Shown here: positions 58,912 to 64,000 of the stretch, piece after piece
Position numbering within the stretch: the stretch's first letter is position 1
Layout: the number at the start of each line of letters is the position of its first letter
Source of the DNA: an uncultured delta proteobacterium
Lineage (GTDB): Bacteria; Desulfobacterota; Binatia; UBA9968
Direction of reading: 5' to 3'
NCBI GenBank assembly: GCA_963727625.1
Contig: CAVSHR010000009.1
Location: 416,001 to 480,000 of the forward strand
Length of the DNA stretch: 64,000 nucleotides
The notes under the pieces: generated by a model
Told to the model about the DNA's origin: nothing
What the model saw: only the letters and a program-made list of their open reading frames with translations
Database searches by the model: none
Program-made: the position numbers and the translations under genes

Positions 58912-59643
58912 ATGAGCAACCAGCGCCGCCAGCTTGCCGTACGGGGCCTGATTTTTATCGCTTTGGTGGCTCTACTGTTCTTTTTCAGCCGCTATATTCC
59001 ACGGCCCTTCAGCGCTTTCGCGCCGGCGGGGGAGGACTTTGACGACTTCGAGGGCATCTACTCAAGCAGCGATCGGCTGAGTAAGTTCCTGCAAAGTTTA
59101 GGTCCCTATTCTCCCGCTGTCTTTGTCTTAATGCAGGTTTTACAGGTCATCGCGGCGCCTTTCCCGGGTGAGCTTACCGGCGTCGCGGGCGGTTACGCGT
59201 ACGGCGAAGCTGTGGGGTTCCTGCTTTCGACGATCGGTCTGTCGCTCGGCTCCTGGGTGGCCTTTGAATTGGCCAGCATTCTCGGCCGGCCGTTTGTCGA
59301 GCGTTTTGTCAGACGAGAGGTCTTGGAAAAATTCAATTTCCTCACGACCAAGACCGGAACGTTGATCTGTTTCGTGCTGTTTCTCTTTCCCGGTTTTCCC
59401 AAGGATTATTTATGTTATGTGCTCGGGCTGAGTCGGATGCGGCTCGGCACTTTTTTGCTGGTTTCTATTGTAGGACGGTTGCCGGGTACCTATTTGCTCA
59501 CCGTGCAAGGCGCGACCATTCGCAACGAAGAATACCACACATTCTTTCTTCTTTTGGTCGCCTCCGTCGCCGTGCTCATCGTCGCATATTTGTATCGCAA
59601 CCAGCTCTTCGATTGGCTCAAACACCGCCACGAATATAAATAA
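58912..59643 (+). CDS. TVP38/TMEM64 (DedA/VTT) family membrane protein
   Basis: LQVIAAPFPGE, PGFPKDYLCY, GRLPG. Confidence 0.88.
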   Translation: MSNQRRQLAVRGLIFIALVALLFFFSRYIPRPFSAFAPAGEDFDDFEGIYSSSDRLSKFLQSLGPYSPAVFVLMQVLQVIAAPFPGELTGVAGGYAYGEAVGFLLSTIGLSLGSWVAFELASILGRPFVERFVRREVLEKFNFLTTKTGTLICFVLFLFPGFPKDYLCYVLGLSRMRLGTFLLVSIVGRLPGTYLLTVQGATIRNEEYHTFFLLLVASVAVLIVAYLYRNQLFDWLKHRHEYK

Positions 59644-59698
59644 CGCCGGGCAAAGTTGGATTTTGATGCATACCGGGTTTTTTAAGGCCGGCTCCCGC

Positions 59699-60523
59699 CT
59701 AAAAAATTAAGCCGCGCGTCAAGAAATAAAAAACCGGCGCCGCGAGGATCCGATACCAGGCGAACGGCGCCAGCTTCCCCCGCTCAAGATAGCGGACGAA
59801 CCCCTTTACCGCCGCCAGCGCGACAATGAAAGAAACCAAGAAACCGATGCCGAGCTCCAGCGAATCTTGGACGGCCAAGCGACCGCCCATTTTAAGAAGC
59901 TCGTAGCCGGTCGCTGCGAACATCACCGGAACCGCAATGAGGAAAGAAAACTCCGCGGCGCTTTTTCGATCCAAGCCGAGCACCATGCCGCCAATAATCG
60001 TCGCCGCCGCCCGGGAGGTTCCAGGCCAAAGAGCCAGCACTTGAAACAGCCCGATGCCCAAAGCTTGCCACGCCGTCAGATGATCGACGTCGTCGGTTGA
60101 GCGCCTCGCCACGAGACGCTCGACCATCAGGATCGCCGCGCCGCCCACTGCCAGCGCCCAGGTCACTGTTTCGGGGTTGAAAAGCTCTTCTTTGATCCGA
60201 TGGCGCGCAAGGTAGCCGACCAGCAATGCCGGAAACGTGGCCAGCGCGACACACCACAGTCCCGACCAACCGTCCAGCGTGGATCTCGCTCTGATCAACG
60301 AGCGTTCTCGACTGGGTATCAGGCGAATAAATCTTTTCCAGTATAGAAAGACCACGGAAAGGATTGCGCCCAGCTGAATGATCACCTCGAAGCTGGAAGC
60401 TTTTTCACCGACGAATCCGAGCAAATGCCCGGCGATAATCAGATGCCCGGTGGATGAAACCGGCAAAAATTCGGTCAGTCCTTCGACAACACCTAAAATC
60501 ACTGCGATCACCCAGCTGTTCAT
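59699..60523 (-). CDS. uppP: Undecaprenyl-diphosphate phosphatase
   Basis: EGLTEFLPVSSTGH, IQLGA, PGTSR, AEFSF. Confidence 0.96.
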   Translation of the reverse strand: MNSWVIAVILGVVEGLTEFLPVSSTGHLIIAGHLLGFVGEKASSFEVIIQLGAILSVVFLYWKRFIRLIPSRERSLIRARSTLDGWSGLWCVALATFPALLVGYLARHRIKEELFNPETVTWALAVGGAAILMVERLVARRSTDDVDHLTAWQALGIGLFQVLALWPGTSRAAATIIGGMVLGLDRKSAAEFSFLIAVPVMFAATGYELLKMGGRLAVQDSLELGIGFLVSFIVALAAVKGFVRYLERGKLAPFAWYRILAAPVFYFLTRGLIF

Positions 60524-60792
60524 GCGCTCCTCGTTGAACTCTTAGCCTTAATCCGACGCTAATCATTGGCTGAAACATTAATTTTTTCCAGCAACGACCA
60601 CCGTCATTGTAGCACATTGAAAGTTCACCAATCGTTAAGTTAAGCGATGATCGGTTGAGCTGCGCCCGACCGCGCTGGACCCGCATGACAGAGCATTGCA
60701 GTAACTGTTTAGTATCGGATTAGGCTTAGTTTGCTGCGGCCTAACCGTAACGGTTCGCGGGAATAGCGCGGCAGCCGATCGCGCCGGTTCTT

Positions 60793-62568
60793 TCACGGTC
60801 TTTCAACCAATAGATACTCCTTCACCGCAGCTATTCTTCGCAAGGCTTGGCCGAGATTTTCCTGCAATCTCGGCAGATTTTTTTCCTTGACGATGATCAA
60901 CAAAGGTTGTTTGACGCTCCGCCAACGATCGTGAAATTCGTCGAAATCCAACATCGCTTTACCCCATGGGGTGACCGGTTCAGGGCGATTGTTGAGCGCG
61001 TAATAGTTGCCCAGAAAGGTCCGTTTATTTTTGCCCTTGTTCACTAACCAAATCGGTCGATCGGTACGCAAATAAAAAGCCATACCGGAAAGGTAGGTAT
61101 CGTAAAAAACCGCCTGCGTTGCCGGGCTGACATGTTGATGCGCTTCGGTCGCAACAGCTTTGGCGGACCGATCCGGCGATACTGCAATCATCATTTCGGC
61201 GACAAAGACGACGACACAACACAGGCCAAAACCCTGAACCAGGTAGAGCGGCTGTTGACGGCGCGGCTCGGCGGCGTTTTGGGTGGCGGTTAAGTAAACC
61301 AGCACAGCAGTCGAGAGCGCCGCGTAGATCCACACGATATAAGCCATGCTATCAACGGCATCGCGAATTTGGCGCGCCAAGACCATTGGAAAAAATGTTC
61401 CCAACGCCAAATACAGGGCCGTTGCGGATTGGAGCCACCAGGTTAACGACAAGGCAAATCGCAATTTGGCAACAGAGTCTCGGTAGCAGCGCACCAGCGC
61501 CGCCGCAGTCAATATCGCCAAGGCGGGAAAGATCGGCAAAATATAGTGCGGCAGCTTGGATTTGGAAGCGGAAAAAAACAGTAACGGTAGAGCGACCCAG
61601 AGAATCAAATAAAGAGTTCTATCGTCGAGCCTGAAATTCCAAGCTTTCTTTATGACCATGGGTAATAGCAGCGTCCACGGAAAAAAACCGACGAGCAAAA
61701 CTATGATAAAGTAAAACCACGGTTCGCTGCGATCGAACTCAGCCGTGGCAAAACGACCAAAGTGTTCATCCCAGAGATAGTAACGCAGATAGCCATCGTT
61801 GCGGGCATCGGCCGCGAGATACCAAGGCAAGACGATTGCGAAAAACAACAGCGCGCCAGGAATGAGATAAATACGCCGGAGCACCGCCCATCGATTGCTC
61901 AGCAACAAATAAAAAAAGAATACCATGCCCGGAACCACCACGCCGATCAGACCCTTGATCAGCGTGGCGATGCCCAGCGCCGAGTATAAAACCAGGCACC
62001 AGGTACGTCGCTGCTTGGCGTGATCGCTATGCGCAGCTTCGTAAAACGCCCACAAAGCCAGCGTCAAAAAAAACGTCAGGGACATGTCAAAGATCACGGT
62101 GCGAGCGAGAATGAAGAATTCCGCGCTCGTAAGCAAGATCAACACGCTCCACAGGGCTTCCCACGGGCCCCAGCGCGCCAGGACAAAACGGTAGACCAGA
62201 ACCAGGCAAGCGAAGGCCGCCAAGGCCGACGGTAGCCGCGCCGTCCACTCGGACAAACCGAGAAATTTGAACGAGACGGCGATCAGCCAGTAAAAGAAAA
62301 TTGGCTTGTCCAGAACGGCGTGAAAATTTTCATGGGGTGTGATCCAGTCGTCGAGCACGAGGATTTCCCGCGCCTTCTCAGAGTTTCTCCCTTCGTCGGG
62401 TTCGAAGAGAGCCGCTCCACCCAAACGATAGAACAAAGCGGCGATAAGCGCCGCCCACATCAGCCAGAAAAACCAACGCCCACTTGCGCCGCTCGCAGCG
62501 GACTCGGCTAATGGATTGGACGAGTTTTCGGATTGACTTGTCACGCTCGGGCTCGAATTGAAATTCAA
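60793..62568 (-). CDS. ArnT/PMT-family (GT-C) glycosyltransferase
   Basis: EPDEGR, DKPIFFYW, ARLPSAL, LIKG, SKLPHYILP; start uncertain. Confidence 0.88.
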   Translation of the reverse strand: MNFNSSPSVTSQSENSSNPLAESAASGASGRWFFWLMWAALIAALFYRLGGAALFEPDEGRNSEKAREILVLDDWITPHENFHAVLDKPIFFYWLIAVSFKFLGLSEWTARLPSALAAFACLVLVYRFVLARWGPWEALWSVLILLTSAEFFILARTVIFDMSLTFFLTLALWAFYEAAHSDHAKQRRTWCLVLYSALGIATLIKGLIGVVVPGMVFFFYLLLSNRWAVLRRIYLIPGALLFFAIVLPWYLAADARNDGYLRYYLWDEHFGRFATAEFDRSEPWFYFIIVLLVGFFPWTLLLPMVIKKAWNFRLDDRTLYLILWVALPLLFFSASKSKLPHYILPIFPALAILTAAALVRCYRDSVAKLRFALSLTWWLQSATALYLALGTFFPMVLARQIRDAVDSMAYIVWIYAALSTAVLVYLTATQNAAEPRRQQPLYLVQGFGLCCVVVFVAEMMIAVSPDRSAKAVATEAHQHVSPATQAVFYDTYLSGMAFYLRTDRPIWLVNKGKNKRTFLGNYYALNNRPEPVTPWGKAMLDFDEFHDRWRSVKQPLLIIVKEKNLPRLQENLGQALRRIAAVKEYLLVERP

Positions 62569-62764
62569 GCGTTCAGGTTTACCTGAGGGGAACCTATTTG
62601 CAAGTCATGGCGCGGTCGATTCCGCCATTTAGGCGCCACCAAACAAACTTCCAGGCAATCTGGAGTCGACTTACGGACGCCTGGAGTCGGGGTCGGCCAA
62701 CTGTGCCACGTTGACATCACCTACCCCCTGGCGTAGCTTGATCTTGCCGAAACGGAGGTGATTT

Positions 62765-62968
62765 ATGATCGGCAGTCTTGGTGCCCCGGAGCTTATTGTC
62801 ATTTTTCTCGTCGCTCTGATCGTCTTCGGCCCGAGCAAGATCCCCGAGTTTGGCAAATCCTTGGGCGAAGCAATTAGAGGCTTTAAGAAAGCCCTCAACG
62901 AAGCTGAAAAGACTCCCGTCGACAATCCAGCAGCGCCGGCCGCCCGCCACGACCCAACGAAGTCTTAA
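62765..62968 (+). CDS. tatA: Twin-arginine translocase subunit TatA/E
   Basis: GGAGGTG RBS; ELIVI...FGPSKIPE.GKSLG.AIRGFK. Confidence 0.93.
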   Translation: MIGSLGAPELIVIFLVALIVFGPSKIPEFGKSLGEAIRGFKKALNEAEKTPVDNPAAPAARHDPTKS

Positions 62969-63005
62969 TCCGGCTAGACTCGCACTCCTTCACCTAAGGC
63001 AGGCG

Positions 63006-64000
63006 ATGCAGCACCTGGCACGATTTGCTTGGTTCTTGCTTGCAGCGATCGTAACGCTTGCTCTGCCTTTTACGGCCAACGCGCAGCAGCCGGTCGCAAG
63101 TTTTTATTACGATGAGGGCGGCAACGTGATTCGTCAAGCGCAAGACAGCAACCGCGACGGCAAAATGGACCGCTGGGTCTACTATGATTCCCAGGGCCAA
63201 ACCGAACGGGTCGAACAGGACGTCAATTTTGACGGCCAGCCGGATACCACAATCTACTACGAATCGGGCAAACCGGTGCGTCAGGAGAACGCCAGCAAGA
63301 ACGACGGCCGCGTCGATACCTGGCTTTACCTCAATGCGGAGGGCGAGATCGAACGCAAGGGCCAAGATCCGGAGTACACCGGTAAACCGACCCTGTGGAT
63401 CTACTATAAAAACGGCCAGGTCGTGCGCAGCGAAGAGAGCGGCAATGCGACGGGCCTGTCGAAGCGAAAAGTATTTTATAAGGACGGCAAGATCAGCCGG
63501 GTCGATGAAGACACCAACGGCGACGGCGCGCCCGATAGTTTTTCCTACTATGAAAACGGCCAGCTGGTCCGAAAAGACCTGGATCGAAAACATCGCGGCA
63601 AGATCGATTTATGGGGTTACTACCAGGATGGTCGGCTGATCAGACAAGAAGAGGATCTGCACGGCGACGGTAAAGTTAGCCGAATCGTTTATTTTCGTGG
63701 CGATGAAGTCGTGCGCCGCGATGAGGACACCGCGCGGCGCGGCCGCATGGATATGATCGAATTGTTTTCCCAAGGCCGGCTGACCCAGCGCTTTCGCGAT
63801 ACCAAGGGAAGCGGTAAATGGGACATGGTTTCCTTTTATCAGGACAATCAGCTTGTTCGCGAAGAGCGCGATACCAGCGGCGATGGCGTTTTTGACCTGC
63901 GGGTACTCTACGACAAAGGCGAGATCAGCGCCCAGGAAGCCGATACCAACGGCGACCGGCGCGTCGATGTCTGGGTGAGTTTCCAGAACGGCGAGCGCGT
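63006..64000 (+). CDS. Secreted repeat protein with DxNxDGxxD..W.YY repeats (partial, runs off the window)
   Basis: MQHLARFAWFLLAAIVTLALPFTANA signal peptide then ~24-aa repeats such as DSNRDGKMDRWVYY, DVNFDGQPDTTIYY, DTNGDGAPDSFSYY; absent from the ORF track because no stop is reached. Confidence 0.82.
   Translation, partial: MQHLARFAWFLLAAIVTLALPFTANAQQPVASFYYDEGGNVIRQAQDSNRDGKMDRWVYYDSQGQTERVEQDVNFDGQPDTTIYYESGKPVRQENASKNDGRVDTWLYLNAEGEIERKGQDPEYTGKPTLWIYYKNGQVVRSEESGNATGLSKRKVFYKDGKISRVDEDTNGDGAPDSFSYYENGQLVRKDLDRKHRGKIDLWGYYQDGRLIRQEEDLHGDGKVSRIVYFRGDEVVRRDEDTARRGRMDMIELFSQGRLTQRFRDTKGSGKWDMVSFYQDNQLVREERDTSGDGVFDLRVLYDKGEISAQEADTNGDRRVDVWVSFQNGER

Noticed and set aside
63006-63090. Tat signal peptide in the gene after tatA
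   Set aside because: Only one Arg and no RRxF motif; it looks Sec-type

Overview
GC-rich bacterial window; gene content (orphan AfuA- and NitT/TauT-type binding proteins, LLM and VOC enzymes, stand-alone A-T proteins) suggests a Deltaproteobacteria-like lineage such as Binatota, which is inference only. 1-12.5 kb: xanthine-oxidase-family S-L-M operon and small metabolic, repair and transport genes. 12.7-25.3 kb: complex I operon nuoA-C-D-E-F-G-H-J-K-L-M-N with no nuoB and no nuoI. From a tRNA-Pro 3' fragment at 27.33 kb to about 51 kb: a decaying accessory region with a phage-like ORF, an LLM + adenylation-carrier + lipid A-type acyltransferase cluster resembling AlmEFG, a PemK/MazF TA pair, a frameshifted HEPN-like gene, a nonsense-disrupted mrr, mddA, a TcuA-like flavoprotein and several pseudogenes. 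51.3-57.1 kb: five-gene cluster of unknown function (B12 radical SAM, SDR, FAD oxidoreductase, heme-oxygenase-like diiron enzyme, O-methyltransferase). 58.9-64 kb: DedA-type protein, uppP, ArnT-like transferase, tatA and a partial secreted repeat protein. No CRISPR array, rRNA or intact tRNA was seen. All calls are motif recognition by eye, with no database searches.
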